Assembly (NCBI RefSeq): GCF_023343835.1
Contig: NC_064433.1
Coordinates: 177,435,076 to 177,499,075 of the forward strand
DNA: 64,000 nt
Reading direction: 5' to 3'
From: Lagopus muta
Lineage: Eukaryota
This document shows, piece after piece, positions 36,635-48,614 of this stretch. The first letter of the stretch is position 1, and each line of letters opens with the position of its first letter. The position numbers and the translations under genes are program-made. The notes under the pieces were generated by a model, which was not told the origin of the DNA, ran no database searches, and worked only from the letters and a program-made list of their open reading frames with translations.

Positions 36635-36797
36635 TCTCATTCTGTGAATGACACTGTGACTCCAACTCAGTGTTATCTTGCTCAGTTTGCACCCCAATTT
36701 CAGGCTGGAATTGTTTTATTTGATCTTCAGCGAGGCAAAACTTAACAACGTATCTAATTTTAACCTGTGTAGTTTTGTACACAACAAATTCATCATC
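36635..36797 (-). CDS. PARP4: PARP4 exon (C-terminal part of the PARP catalytic region).
   Basis: DDEFVVYKTTQVKIRYVVKFCLAEDQIKQFQPEIGVQTEQDNTELESQCHSQNE. Acceptor tttctaccag|GAT, donor A|GTAAGA. It matches human DDEFVVYKTNQVKMKYIIKFSMPGDQIKDFHPSDHTELEEYRPEFSNFSKVED. Confidence 0.7.
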
Positions 36798-37197
36798 CTG
36801 GTAGAAACAAAGAAAGCTATTTTACAATAAGAACAAAGCTCTAGATAACATTTTAAAAAATGTCTATCTATTATGAGGTAAACCTAAATGACATCATTTT
36901 TATAAGTAATAAGTAATAATTTCAATATCACAGATTGGATACTTACAGGATAATTAAGTAACAATAAATAAAGAATACTAACATATTAAATATTACTTTC
37001 CAGCAAGAACTTCCAATCTCTTCATGACTAACAACTTACAGCCTTACCTGTAAACCTGACAAAAATGATTTTATGTTTTATTGTCTAGTGATTTAGTGTC
37101 TGAACTGAGACATACAGGTTATACTACTTCTATTATCTATCAATGGTATAAAAAAATCCCAAAGTTGGTGTCTTCTCAACTACTGTAGGATCAGTAC

Positions 37198-37381
37198 CTC
37201 AAAGTCTGAAGAGATGCCTGCTGTTGTGCGCACTCCGTGCACGCTGCTGTAACCTGATGGGGCAGCAGTTAATGAAAAATCTCGTTTGTACAAATCTAAG
37301 CAGGATCCAAGTGCCACATCACAAACCGCCAGGAGTCGGGTTCCATCCATTTCACTGGGTGAAGAATACTTAATGCTGGCA
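37198..37381 (-). CDS. PARP4: PARP4 exon (PARP catalytic domain).
   Basis: (S)ASIKYSSPSEMDGTRLLAVCDVALGSCLDLYKRDFSLTAAPSGYSSVHGVRTTAGISSDFE. Acceptor ccttacgtacag|T, donor GAG|GTACTG. It matches human TSIKYSHPGETDGTRLLLICDVALGKCMDLHEKDFSLTEAPPGYDSVHGVSQTASVTTDFE. Confidence 0.75.
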
Positions 37382-37603
37382 CTGTACGTAAGGAAAGATC
37401 ATGCATCTGTTATTACAATTGATACTGATGTAAACACCGTCAGAATTTCTGCTTACACAAGTACTTCTGAACAGATGAGGAGGAAAAATTAAATTACTTA
37501 TAATTAAATACCTTTGAGATTATTAAACATTACATCTACTTCATTTGCAAAGTAAAAAGAATACACAAAGGATAAAGTAAAAAGATACTGTCATTATTCA
37601 GAC

Positions 37604-37702
37604 CTGACAGAATCACTGAAGTAAATGCCGCTTCCCAGATTCCCAGTGTCAGTTCTTTCCACACCATGATCTTCAACAACCACTTTTGGCATTAGGAGTC
37701 CT
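37604..37702 (-). CDS. PARP4: PARP4 exon (PARP catalytic domain).
   Basis: (R)GLLMPKVVVEDHGVERTDTGNLGSGIYFSDSV(S). Acceptor tctctag|A, donor AG|GTCTGA. It matches human RGLLLPKVVEDRGVQRTDVGNLGSGIYFSDSLS. Confidence 0.75.
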
Positions 37703-38740
37703 CTAGAGAGAAAAAAATCATTCACATGATGAATGAAGTTCAAGATACTTCTGCATAAAGTATGTGGGAAGGTACACACTGTGCAGTTATGAACCACAGA
37801 GGACTAAATCAAAATACACCTTACAGAAACAACAGGAAAATAAAGTATATAACAAAAAATAAATCCCAAAGCCATGTGAATCACCAAGACACTGATTATA
37901 TAAGCAAGTAAAGACTGCTTTTTTCATTTAGCAGAAAACAATACATTTCCTGGAGTCACTGCCAAATATTCAAAATAATTTTTTAGATGTGTTATTAGAT
38001 GAGTAGTTCATAGCATCATAGAATCATGGAATCACCAAGGCAGAAAAAGACCTCCCAGATTATCTAGCCCAACTGTTCACCTACCACCAATATTTCCCAA
38101 CTAAACCATGTCCTTTGTCCCACACCTGTATGTTTCCTGAATACAAGTTCTACATTCCTAGCAACTGTGCTGTATTAAATTTCAAACAACCTGCATGAAA
38201 TTTCTATATCAAACCAAAAGAAGATTTTAAGGTAGTAGGGGATGGATGCTCAGAAACTTCTCCAGGGTTTGATTTGCAAATCTGTTAGTGTAGTGATATC
38301 ATTCTTAGACTGCTCAAGAGACATTTGATTTGCTGCTGATTGATCCTCACACAAAGCCTTTTAATACAAAGTATGCAAGAAGACAAAACATTTATCTAAG
38401 TTGAACTGTTTTGTCACTTAAAAAATTTGCAATATAAGGAAAACAATGCTAATATGACTTTTGAGATTATTTCTCAAGTACTTTGATAGCACTGTGTCAC
38501 ACATTTTTTCCAACATTCTTAAATTTTCAGTGGCTGGCATTCATTGCATAAGATGCTGATGAGGATGATAAGATGATGAGGATTTAAAAATGTTAGGCAA
38601 CTTGTATTAGATTTTAGCTATGAATATTAAAACCAGGCCTGAGTGAATTCACAGAATTCAGTAATTAAACCAGATGTTGTTGTAACAGAAAATTATCATC
38701 ATCTAAAAATTTGTCATTTAAAGTGGTCACAGGCAAATCA

Positions 38741-39178
38741 TGGAATCAAATCATCTGAGTTGGAAGGGACACTTAAAGGTCATCTAGTCCAACTCCAGCT
38801 GCAGTGAAGGGACACCTACAGCTCAGTAAGTTGTTCAGAGCCCCATCCTGCCTGACCTGGAATATCTCCACCACATCTCCAGTGCCTCATCAAACTTCTG
38901 TCAAAATCCTTTTTCCTTATGTCCATTGTAAACCTTCCCTCTTTCACTTTGAAACCATTTCCCCTTATCCTACCACAACAGACCCTACTAAAGAGTCTGT
39001 CCCCTTCCTTCTTATAGCCCCCCCTTCAGACACTGAAATGCTGCTCTCAGATCTCCCTGCAGCCTTCACTTCCGCACTCTGAACAGCCCCAGCTCTATCA
39101 GCCTGTCCTTGTAGGGAAGCTGTTCCATCCTCTGGGTCATTTCTGTGGCCCTTCTCTTGTGCTCTAAAAAATAATGTA
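38741..39178 (-). mobile_element. CR1 LINE 3' fragment.
   Basis: It starts with the reverse-complement CR1 tail (catggaatcaaatcatctgagttggaagggacac). Confidence 0.7.
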
Positions 39179-39498
39179 TAGAAGTAGGAGGACACCATCA
39201 ATGGACTTATTTCCTAAAAGAAAATAAATTATCCACATGGCCATTATTCTCCTACTCTCTCAATTTTGTCATCTTTCATCTGGATTTAAACTTCACTCCT
39301 CTTCGTCTTACTCAAACAGCTGCATCTCAATGCTAATCCAGCTGTAAGGTAATTACAAAAGGTTGATTTTCCTTCCTGCAGAAGTGTTTAAGTATTCATA
39401 TAAATGTTGACAGTAAAAATTAATTTAAACATAATGCAAAAGAGCTTCAAAAAAAGCATTTTTAAAGATGAAAATATACAATTAAAACATATCCAATG

Positions 39499-39541
39499 TC
39501 ACACATACACACACACACACACACATACAAAAAAAAAAAAA
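39499..39541. repeat. (AC)n followed by (A)15 microsatellite, 20 nt downstream of a PARP4 5' splice site.
   Basis: cacacatacacacacacacacacacatac(a)15. Confidence 0.9.
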
Positions 39542-39560
39542 AGGGAATGTATATTTTTAC

Positions 39561-39698
39561 CTGGAAAGAATTCCCATGAAATTCCTTACAGATGATGCAT
39601 GGAATAAAGACCGAACATTTCCAAGACTGCCCACAAATTCTGCTGTTTCACTTACTCTGCCAATCCTGTATACTTGTAAAATTCTCACTGAACAGCCA
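39561..39698 (-). CDS. PARP4: PARP4 exon (PARP regulatory/catalytic region).
   Basis: (N)GCSVRILQVYRIGRVSETAEFVGSLGNVRSLFHASSVRNFMGILS(R). Acceptor ttttttgcag|T, donor AG|GTAAAA. It matches human KSPVDVLQIFRVGRVNETTEFLSKLGNVRPLLHGSPVQNIVGILCR. Confidence 0.75.
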
Positions 39699-40055
39699 CT
39701 GCAAAAAATTTGAGAAGATCTTTGATTTAGAAAATGTGTACCTGAAGCCCTATTCATTACTTTCCAAACGTTTTGTAAAACACTTGGAAATAAATATTGA
39801 GAGGGAAAGTGAGCAAAACTAAAAGATAAATATCTTATTCTCCTATAAATAGACATGAAAAACTGAATATGAGCATTTTCAGTTTTTTCAACTTCCATTT
39901 GACTCTAGTGTAGGTAAATCCACTTGTTCTGCAATCCTGTTAGCTAATCAGTACTACCAAGTAGCAGAACCTGATAATTCAGTGCTACCTAGAAGTATTT
40001 TGTGCATGACAACTTGCATGCTACTGGAATCACCGTATAACTGTTAAACACTCAC

Positions 40056-40216
40056 TTGTAATTGTTTTTTAACACTTGTCGTTCAACACTGAGAAATTCG
40101 TCACTCATTGGATCAATGGCATCAATCTTGCACCTCAGGGCCTGGTATTTGGCCAGAGATGATGGGTTTGGGCACGACATACTTGTTTCCCGTATATTCA
40201 GCATGTCTCGCATGAG
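40056..40216 (-). CDS. PARP4: PARP4 exon.
   Basis: LMRDMLNIRETSMSCPNPSSLAKYQALRCKIDAIDPMSDEFLSVERQVLKNNY(N). Acceptor tttcctag|CTC, donor AA|GTGAGT. It matches human LIRDMVNVCETNLSKPNPPSLAKYRALRCKIEHVEQNTEEFLRVRKEVLQNHH. Confidence 0.75.
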
Positions 40217-41754
40217 CTAGGAAACGAAGACAGAAATTTATGAATATTTGATACATTTTAATTAAGAAAACACACAAAACAGAATAAAATTATATGCAGT
40301 GACAGTGTAGTAACAATGAAAAGAGCATGCAAGAGAACATTTCCACTTACTAGATAAAAAAAGTGGAACTAAATCCCATGAAAACAAATCAGAACTAAAA
40401 AGGTGTTTGAATAACAGTGATAAATGACTTCTGTACAACTCCAAAGTCTGGATGGAGGCTGTTCATGACAGCTCTGCCACACAGTATTTGTGCTCAGATA
40501 TCATTTTGCTTTTGATTCTGAGGCAATTTTTATTTAGCTTGCAAACTTGTCATATTGTCCCTGATGCCACCATCCAGTTAGAGCAGTAGAGTATGGCATT
40601 CATATAATTTTCTCACATCAGGAGAAAGAAGGGCATTGAACAAATAAACAAAGCAAAGAAGGCTATACTTCACTGAGTCGTGGCAAAGCTTTATGAGACA
40701 TTGTAATTTTTTTTATATCAGAAGTATCAAAAGGTTTTCATTATCAAAAGGTTTCCGAGGTTAAAAGCACTATTAGTATTTATTCTTTTAGAACAACAAA
40801 GAGCTTCTCTTCCTCTTTTCCCCTTAATTTCTTGTAACTTAAAGAAGATTAGCTTGTGAGTGTCTTTTGCCAAAACCAAGAGCTATGGCTGCCATAATCT
40901 ATGGAATTTACATCATAACTGAATCACAAGGAAGAACATTCCAGTTTGCTCTATAGTTACAACTGTGAGATCAGTGTCAGAGCCCTGAGTGTCCCCCTCC
41001 CCTCCCAAGGCTCTGGCTGCTGGGGCTCAGGGCCAGTTTTGATGGTGCAGCTGCAAGGCCTGGAAGAGAGCAGTGGGAAGACTCAGTAGAAGCCTGCTCC
41101 TTCTCCATTCGAGAGATATCTTTAAGCTGAGGCTTTTGCCCTTGGTCTCTTTGCTGAGCTATACTGCAGATATGTTCAGACCCAGTTCCTGTGGACTTGA
41201 GTTCCTTGTCTGACTGCAGACAAGACAGACAAGCCCACAGTGAGGCTCGTCTGACCCTGTCTAATGTCACCAGCAGTCACTGTAATCTACTCTGCTCATC
41301 CTAATTGGGTGCTGTGGGACTGTGCCCCTGCCACTGAAGTGACTGCCCTAGCCTTGCTCTCTTTCACTCCAGCCCTGGCTCTCTGCCCTCATAGCCACCG
41401 GGTGCAAGGGCTGCATTTATGTGCATACTCAGCACACCTCACTGTCAGTCCCCCAGTCAGGCTGAGAATTTCCCAGCTACTTTCTGCAGACGGACTGATT
41501 TGCAGCAGAGTAGCTGAACACCCAATTGACTGAACGACTGAGCAGCTTACAAATGAAGTGACAAATTAACACAGGAGCAGTGGAGCTGTGGGAGAGATCC
41601 CTAGAGATGCCCCTAGGCAGAGCAGCTGTGCTTAGGCCTACTGATAGATGCTGCTTGCAGTCCAGGGAACTCCCCTAGGTTGTTGTAAATGTAGGAACAG
41701 ACCAAACTATACAGAGATAATTAACTTCAAATTATCTCTAGAAATTGTTTCTGC

Positions 41755-42790
41755 ACAGACATATAACTACCAGAGGGAGTCCAGTGGAAGGCTACAAAGA
41801 TGATTAGGGGCTTGGAGCTTCTCCCTTAGGAAGAAAGGCTGAGAGATCTGGGGCTGTTCATTCTGAAGACTGAAGGAGGATTTTATCAGTACCTATGAAT
41901 ATCTTGTGTGTGGGTGTCAAGAAAATGGGACCATGCTTTTTTCATGGTGCCCAGCAACAAGACAGCAGACAATGGGCACTAAGTGGAACACAGGAAGTTC
42001 AATTTGTATATAGTTTATAACAGCCAATAGAAACTGATTGTGTGTGCTGGATAGTTGCCAGCATCAGCAGGATGATAAACATCAGTTCTGTGAGTCTCAT
42101 TTAATCCAGCTTCAGATGTCATTCATAACGAATGCAGTGGAATCTATCACCATCTAGATGGCAACTGGCCTTCCTCTTCAATGTATTCAGTTCAGTTCCC
42201 CCTGTGAATGTTACCCTATTTGTAAGATTCCCCATGGGAGTTGATTGTACCCCTGTACTCAGCACTGGCGAGGTTGCACCTCGAGTACTGTGTTCAATTT
42301 TGGGCCCCTCACTATGCAGAAGACACTGATGTCTTGGACTACGCCCAGAGAAGACCCAAATGAAGCTGGTAAAGGAGCACAGATCTTACAGGGAACAGCT
42401 GAAGGAACTGGGATTGTTTAGTCTGGAGGAGACTCAGAGGAGACCTATCTGTTCTCTACAATTGCCTGAAAGGAGCTTATGGTGAGATAGATAGGTGTTG
42501 GCCTCTTCTCCCAGGTGACTAGCAATGGCACAAGGCGGAGTGGCCTCAAACTGCACCAGGGGAGGTTCAGGCTGGATATTAGGGAAAATTTCTTCTCAGA
42601 AGAAAAAGCGAAGTACTGGAACAAGCAGCCCAGGGAAGTGCTGGTCTTACTGCCCTTGAGGTTTTCAAGATAAGAGTGGATGTGGCACTGAGGGACACGG
42701 TTAGTGGCATGGTAGGGATGGGTTGATGGTTGCACTGGATGATCTTAGTGGATCTTTTCCAACCTTAACGATTCTATGATTTCAGTAAAT
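41755..42790 (+). mobile_element. Two adjacent or internally deleted CR1 3' fragments (about 41755-42000 and 42185-42790).
   Basis: ORF2 C-terminal remnants (...KMIRGLELLP...RLRDLGLFIL...; ...[16 protein letters not shown]...[19 protein letters not shown]...) and a CR1 tail at about 42780. Confidence 0.65.
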
Positions 42791-42916
42791 TATTTTTTAA
42801 ACCCACAGTCTGACTTGTTGTGCAGTGCAAAATATCCTGTTAATTTATCAACTGATTGTGTTCAGTACTGGTGTAACAGGGCAGACTGGGGCTTACTAGC
42901 AGTCTGGAAAAGTTAC

Positions 42917-43090
42917 CTGGCACAGGTCCTGTTTTCTAGATAACAGCCTTTTGGAAACTTCATAGTCTATTTCAGTTTTGTGACGTATAAGCTGATAGAA
43001 TTCCATCATCATCTCTTGCAGTGCTGCCTCATCAGCTCCCTCATTGAGTGCATTCTTTACCTGAAGCAAAATACCTTCTGCTTTGCTCAC
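42917..43090 (-). CDS. PARP4: PARP4 exon.
   Basis: VSKAEGILLQVKNALNEGADEAALQEMMMEFYQLIRHKTEIDYEVSKRLLSRKQDLCQ (58 codons). Acceptor tcttttaaag|GTG, donor CAG|GTAACT. It matches human VSKAEGILLLVKAALKNGETAEQLQKMMTEFYRLIPHKGTMPKEVNLGLLAKKADLCQ. Confidence 0.75.
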
Positions 43091-45087
43091 CTTTAAAAGA
43101 AGAGATTACTGAACTGAAAAACATTACAAAATTAATGAAAGAGCACAAAGCAATAAATACTGAATGTGAGTGAATTAATTCCATGCTGAAACAAAACTTT
43201 AACTCTTTGTTAGTGAAACAAAGTGCACAAAAATTTACTTGCATCTCAGTGTGAAACCAGTTTTAAAATGTTGGATATTATTCAGCCCTCATACTGGACA
43301 AAGTACCCCAGAAGAGCTAAGAGCCAGTATCATAATTCCTCAGAAGTAAAGCAGAGTTTGAATCATGTTGAAAGACAATGACCCTTGACATTATTTCAAT
43401 TCACATCGTTAGCTTTAATGTACCATTGAAATAACTGCAGAAATAACATGATAATAAATTTCTTGATAAATTTCTAAGTGCACTGGTTTATTCTAAATAC
43501 ATAAAGCTGAGCAAAGTACCATTTATAAAACACAACCTAGTGATCAAAAATAATCTTATGAATCATTTTAGACAGTTTGTATAGACAGGTAGGATATAGA
43601 CTTGCTTGTGTCTCTGTATATTCATTCCCAATTGGAAATTTTTTCACAGAGTACTCTGTTATTTCATGTTATTATAACCACTGGCAACAGCTTGTAAGAT
43701 GCTGTCACTAGAGGAGGCATAGTAGTCTTACTGCAGTTCAATACTGACCTAAGGCTGGACTCGGTCTCACAAAAGCCTTTAGAGGAAATTGGACAGTTAA
43801 TCTAACTGAACAGCAATCCACTTCCTTGTTTCAATAACCCAGAGATTTTTTTCTTTCTACACAAATGCTCTGTCTCTTGCCAACTCATTATAAGTGGGAA
43901 AAGGTAGTGAAAACAGTTTTAGTACACTCTTACAGACTGATCCATTGGGCTGCAGTTCTGTGATTCAGCTTTTTCAAAAGCTATCAGTGATTGGGCATTT
44001 TTAATGAAATTATCAAATATTTATCAAATTTCACCTATTTGAAATAGGTGGGATCTTGATAACCAAACCAAATGCACCTCATAAAAAGCATCTACCACAA
44101 GCAGAATTTCCTTTCTATTTTTACTGTTTTATAAAATGCACTTGCTACTGTCTCTGAGCAAATGTATAAAACAGTACTAATGTACTACTTCTGATGGGTA
44201 CTACTTACCCATCAGAACCTACATAAATGTATATTTCCACATCAAAAAGTGAAAGGATTATTTTCCTATGTAAGACAATCGAAGAGAATCAAGAGCCTTC
44301 TGTCTTAGTATGAGGGCAAAATCATTCTATGTTTAGGCAACTTCACTGGCAAAATTTGTCCAGTTTAAAAACAACCTAATTTCCAGGTTATTTTTTCCTT
44401 CAGTAGTAACAGAAATTAACAAAGTTGCAGTCTTATGCAGCTATAACTTAGATTATATTATATTATAAGTTAAGTTAAATGAATAAACATTAGACTCCTA
44501 AATGTCTAGGAAGGAAAGCAAAACCACCGAAGTAAGTGGAAAAATAGGATTAAATAAACCATAGAGTTAAAGAGGGATGGATAACTAATTACTCTCATTA
44601 ACAGTTATACTATATGAAGAACTTAACAACAGTTAATTAAATGCCAATTATGTGTTGTCTGGTAATACACAAATGCACTATAATTAAAATGATTTTTCTA
44701 ATACTAGAGAGTGGCTGACTGAAATATGGTTGAAATACATTGGCAGAAGACAACAAACTGCTATTCTGCACTATTTTCTGTTACTATCTTCTTAGGGAAC
44801 TTGATTTATTACGCAGAAGGGATCCTACAATAAACATTGTATTTTAAATTTCTATAAGATGGAAAAGACAGCCATCTGCTCTAGGGAGTACAGGATGTTT
44901 TTAGTGTCATAATTCTAAAGCAACATTTGAGGTTAAAATTTCTGAAGCATGAATATGTTGTCATATAGGAATACTCAGTGTAATGACCAATTCTAATGTG
45001 AAACACAACATTCCTGTTTGCTGGGGAAAAATTATTTATAGTAGCATTCACGTACGTGTTCTCATGGAGTAAAAAGAATTAACTTAC

Positions 45088-45225
45088 ATCATTTAGGCTG
45101 ATGTTGTTTACTGATTCAAGCAGTAGATTGTCCAGGTGGCCAAGAGCTTCTGCCCAGATCAACTCCACAAAATCACTAACTTCTTGACATACAGCACTTG
45201 AATTGATGGATTCTTCTAGAAGTAA
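45088..45225 (-). CDS. PARP4: PARP4 exon.
   Basis: LLLEESINSSAVCQEVSDFVELIWAEALGHLDNLLLESVNNISLND (46 codons). Acceptor ttttactacag|TTA, donor GAT|GTAAGT. It matches human ALLLEEVMNSSTLSQEVSDLVEMIWAEALGHLEHMLLKPVNRISLND. Confidence 0.7.
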
Positions 45226-45689
45226 CTGTAGTAAAACAAACACAAATCAGTGTATGGCAAAGATGCAATGTGAGAACTTTCTTGTTCATATAAACTATAC
45301 GGTTTGCAATACACATTAATGCTTAATTTAATTGCTTCAGTCCCATCAACTTGAAGGGAAAGTTTGTCTTTATAAATTCTTCCAAGTGAAGACCACGGCA
45401 GGCAAGTGGCCATGATTTGTCTTTCTGAAATTTCAGATATAACATGCTACAGAATTCAGAAGTTGATTTGCTTGATATCTTTATCATTACATAGTACTAT
45501 CAGCCCTAAGGGCTTGTTTACACAGCTGATAAAAGAACAGATATGAACACTGGAGATAATGTAACTGTAGAAAAAAATTGGAGCAGTAAACTAAAAGGAG
45601 AATAGAAGGGTCATGAATATAATTGCAATTCATACATCCAGAAAGAAAACAGATTTTGTGATCTAGGGAGCACTGTTAAAATATTTACA

Positions 45690-46375
45690 GAATCACAGAA
45701 TCACAGAATTGTAGGGGTTGATGGACCTCCAGAGATCATCGAGTCCCCTGCCAAAGCAGGTTCCCTACAGCAGGTCGCACAGGTAGGCATCCAGGCAGGT
45801 CTTGAACATCTCCAGAGAAGGAGACTCCACCACCTCCCTGGGCAGCCTGTTCCAGTGCTCCGTCACCTCACTGTAAAGAAGTTCTTGCGCATGTTTGTGC
45901 AGAACTTCCTATGCTCCAGTTTCCGGCCGTTTCCCCTTGTCCTGTCTCCACACACTGCTGAAAACAGTCCGGCCTCACCATTCTGCTCCCCACATCTCAG
46001 ATATTTATAGACCTGGATCAGGTCCTCTCTCAGTCTCCTTTTCTCAAGGCTGAACAGACCCAGTTCACTCAGCCTTTCTTCATAGGGGAGATGCTCCAGG
46101 CCCTTCACCATCTTCGTGGCCTTCCGCTGGACTCTTTCCAAGAGATCCCTGTCTTTTTAATACTGCGGAGCCAGAACTAGATGCAGTACTCCAGATGAGG
46201 CCTCACCAGGGCAGAGTAGAGGGGGAGGATCACCTCCCTTGACCTGCTGGCCACGCTCTTTTTAATGCATCCCAGGATGCCATTGGCCCTCTTGGCCACA
46301 AGGGCACACATGGCCAACCTGTCGTCCAGCAGGACGACCACCACACTACTTGAGCATTTTGTCATTGTCATTCTT
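45690..46375 (-). mobile_element. Young CR1 fragment (ORF2 RT C-terminus plus 3' UTR). Its 3' 280 bp are about 98% identical to 35535-35818 in inverted orientation.
   Basis: Minus ORFs ...[42 protein letters not shown] and [47 protein letters not shown]... Tail acagaatcacagaatcacagaattgtaggggttgat. Confidence 0.8.
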
Positions 46376-47077
46376 TAGCTCCAGTAACTGCTATTAACGT
46401 TGATGTTGTCAAACAATTCTCATACATTCGGATACAATACTTTACTTGCTTATATAATACTGTACTTGTTTATAAACCATATGGCCCTGCAGTCAGTAGG
46501 TGACACGGATGTGGGACTGATCTATTCTCCAGCTGTGTTCTAAAACATAAGTTAGCCATGACAGGAGAGAGGAGCAGAGGAAGTATAGTGAGAAAGTAAA
46601 TGGAAAAAAAATTTGGTCAGACTACAACCATTCTAAACAGCAGTAAACACTGAATGAAAGCGACTTTAGAGAGCAGACTTCTGCAGCTATTGACACTGAG
46701 GGGACTTCTGTTACAGATTTTAATGACATCTACACCAAGCCTATGATATCTGTATAGTTTGCAAAACAATTATGACAAAGTCATACAGGACACAATAATT
46801 CTGGTTGCTATATTAGTACATCCTTTTTTTTCCCAGTAGGTAATGGACCTACTGGGAAGTAAAAGTGTGATGAATGTGGTTGTATTTGCTTTTAGCGTGT
46901 TTAATGACTTGCAACATTCAGTCAATATTCCTAAAAAAAAATAAAATAAAATCAGAACATTTGCATATGAACAATTTCCTTTAACATATGACTGTGTGAC
47001 TGTACAAACAATGTTTACCCCATTCAGAAAACTGGAAACTGAAATAACGAAGAATGGAAAAGTGTAAACACACAAAC

Positions 47078-47236
47078 TGTACAAGCCTTTTGTAACTTTG
47101 TAGAAGCCAAACATTCTGCTTCTGGTGGAAAAGTTTCTCTGAGCAGGAAATCCTGGCTCTTCAGGTTTGCAACAAGAATATCATAATTTTCTCTTATTTC
47201 TTCAGCAGTCTTATTTATTATGAATTGTTTATTTTT
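47078..47236 (-). CDS. PARP4: PARP4 exon (3' boundary uncertain by about 20 nt).
   Basis: KNKQFIINKTAEEIRENYDILVANLKSQDFLLRETFPPEAECLASTKLQ(KACT). Acceptor tttcag|AAA is clear. The only in-phase GT I found is the weak ACA|GTTTGT. It matches human RRQFAIKKTSEDASEYFENYIEELKKQGFLLREHFTPEATQLASEQLQ. Confidence 0.4.
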
Positions 47237-47860
47237 CTGAAAATGGAAAGAATAAAGTTAGATGGAGAAACAGATAAACAGATTTGCTGGAACAATTCAC
47301 CAGATGCTACAGTAAGAACTGACAAATCCACACAGCTTTTGGGATGTGATTTAACATGCTGCCAGCAAGGCACTACGACCATGAGGGCTCATGGGACAAA
47401 AAGGGAGCTCCACATGCAAACCCCACAGTGACAAGAGAGTTTCATGTAAGTGTGTACTGGAAAACTTGTTCTATCATTTGAGCTATTTCAAATGCATCCT
47501 CCTTTGACTCTCAAGAGAATGTCCAGTCTATCATTCTTTGCAGCATTTTAGCAGTTAAATATGCCATTCTAGTTTAGTCATTACCAGGCACTTGTATATG
47601 AGTATATGAGGTAGGTGCATCCAGGACTATGCTGTGTTGCTGTCAAGTACCAAACAGTTCTTCTGAGAGATCTGCAGGCAAGCAGTGTAAAAGGGGCCAA
47701 GTATGAACCAGACCTCTTAAAGCTAAGATAATGGCCTCCTACTATGTAAATGTGAGAATCAGCCTGCAAGTAAAAATGAAGAACACCTAGTGCTCTCCAG
47801 GACAGGAGTGCTCAAGGCATACAAAGAAACAAGCAGGAAATGTCAATAAGTGGCTCATAC

Positions 47861-47974
47861 CTTGGTTCCATTTGAAGCACTGAAGTGTGCATATAATCGA
47901 AACAGAAACTCAAACTGTTCTTGAGAACAATGTAATTCAATAACTACAAAATCCTTGCTTCCCTTGGAGTTAAT
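47861..47974 (-). CDS. PARP4: PARP4 exon (BRCT-linker region).
   Basis: INSKGSKDFVVIELHCSQEQFEFLFRLYAHFSASNGTK (38 codons). Acceptor (tc)7cgttcag|ATT, donor AAG|GTATGA. It matches human MEGGQEAVVVELQCSRDSRDCPFLISSHFLLDDGMETR. Confidence 0.7.
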
Positions 47975-48553
47975 CTGAACGGAGAGAGAGAGAGACCCCA
48001 GCCCCCAATGTAATACATAGGCATGTTTCATTCACATGATATTCACATGATATTGCAACACATACTTTCCCCATCCTACTTAATTTTTCAACCCACTTGG
48101 AACCATACAGTGGCTAAGAAAACAAACAGAATTATTATTATTAGTTTTTATATCATAGTAATAAGCAGAAATTCCTCTCAGGGCTTCACTGTATTGATTG
48201 ATGTACAATCCCATCATTGTTGTGTTTCAAAAGATTTTTAATAAAAAAAGATTAATGCTTCAATTAGATTTAAAACATAACAGCCATGAGAAAATGTATC
48301 TAGCCAGAAGCATGTATGTATTATTCTACTGCAATAACTTGGTGAGAACACTACAGTGATAACAGAGAAGTTTCATGTTGGTAGAATTAGGCCGCACTGA
48401 AAGACAGAAAGCACTGAAGTTCTTTTCAATACAGCTCCTTGCATTGCAGGACACGGTAACATTAAAGAGTTCTTGCTGATGTGTGTGAAATCATAAAACT
48501 TTTACTCATCCACTGATCCTCCCACACTGTCTCACAGTAAGAGACAAGCTTAC

Positions 48554-48614
48554 TTTTTCAAGGACGTTGTATTTTGCAACTTCAAAATCTTGAGGAAAAA
48601 AAGGAGCATTTTCA
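48554..48614 (-). CDS. PARP4: PARP4 micro-exon of 61 nt.
   Basis: (S)ENAPFFPQDFEVAKYNVLEK. Acceptor ttttacag|T, donor AAA|GTAAGC. It matches human QNVEIPHLPQDFEVAKYNTLEK. Confidence 0.55.

Noticed and set aside
39557-39898. Longer version of the PARP4 exon (FAHFPSQYLFPSVLQNVWKVMNRASGTHFLNQRSSQIFCSGCSVRILQVY...) with an acceptor at 39818.
   Set aside because: The upstream part is better explained as intron. The true preceding exon (40056-40216) encodes the homologous LAKYQALRCKIDAIDPMSDEFL..., and the acceptor ttttttgcag|T at 39698 gives an exact phase match.
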